Below are positions 49,653-49,788 of a stretch of 49,788 nt of DNA, piece after piece; positions within the stretch are counted from its first letter, which is position 1; each line of letters opens with the position of its first letter. Below the pieces are notes generated by a model that searched no databases, was not told where the DNA came from, and saw only the letters and a program-made list of their open reading frames with translations. Position numbers and translations under genes: made by a program. This stretch comes from Bacilli bacterium (GTDB taxonomy: Bacteria > Bacillota_I > Bacilli_A > RFN20 > CAG-826), in NCBI GenBank assembly GCA_045628045.1, contig JAZQOV010000009.1, forward strand, positions 1 to 49,788, given 5' to 3'.

Positions 49653-49788
49653 TTAGCAAGAAGACCCCCGCTTCAAGCTTGCTAAGCGGCGGGATGAATT
49701 GCTAGTAAAAAAATAAAATAACACTATCATTTCATTAGAAATGATAGTATAATATATGTATGGAAAAGAGAATAAAGAAAGCTTACAA
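49653..49788 (+). mobile_element. Probable IS200/IS605-family (tnpB-type) element left end, truncated
   Basis: GC-rich hairpin GCAAGAAGACCCCCGCTT...AAGCGGCGGGATGAATTGC in AT-rich DNA, as in Firmicute IS605 left ends; followed by a promoter and a TnpB-like start. Confidence 0.65.
49760..49788 (+). CDS. tnpB: Probable TnpB N-terminus (partial)
   Basis: ATG 49760 gives MEKRIKKAY(K/N), like the KAYK.R.YP start of IS605 OrfB; only 9 codons are visible. Confidence 0.5.

Noticed and set aside
1-49788. Genetic code 4 (UGA=Trp), suggested by the Mollicute-like proteins
   Set aside because: Long genes are intact under code 11, Trp is encoded by TGG, and TGA ends the rsmC and LRR genes at natural C-termini.

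Overview
Low-GC bacterial chromosomal segment, genetic code 11 (TGA is used as stop), almost all on the minus strand. Several traits are Mollicute-like: RpoB H526N, a shortened L11 N-terminus, coiled-coil inserts in the ABC ATPases and a P80-like binding lipoprotein. These suggest a reduced, gut-type Bacilli lineage such as RFN20/RF39/Erysipelotrichales relatives (inference). Both window ends stop inside insertion sequences: an IS3-family left end at 1-141 and a probable IS200/IS605 left end with a tnpB start at about 49.65-49.79 kb. Between them lie five blocks. (1) A CUT1 ABC importer with an OB-fold lipoprotein, preceded by two RDD proteins. (2) The core cluster rplK-rplA-rplJ-rplL-rsmC-rpoB-rpoC and rpsL-rpsG-fusA-tuf, with L1 and L10 leaders. 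(3) Between rpoC and rpsL, a BspA-like LRR lipoprotein gene flanked by 30-bp direct repeats and an M6 metalloprotease gene. (4) An AAA+/wHTH ATPase preceded by a TGTTAGA repeat array, and a P1B heavy-metal ATPase. (5) A ~19.5 kb AraC-linked glycan utilisation locus. It encodes a 1017-aa surface protein with a GCGG-TM-KKK tail, ABC components, a nucleoside-hydrolase-fold enzyme, a third RDD-like protein, two clan GH-A lipoproteins, an FAD oxidoreductase, a divergent GH35 and a SASA/CE6 esterase. No rRNA, tRNA or CRISPR array was seen. All calls come from motif reading; no database search was run.
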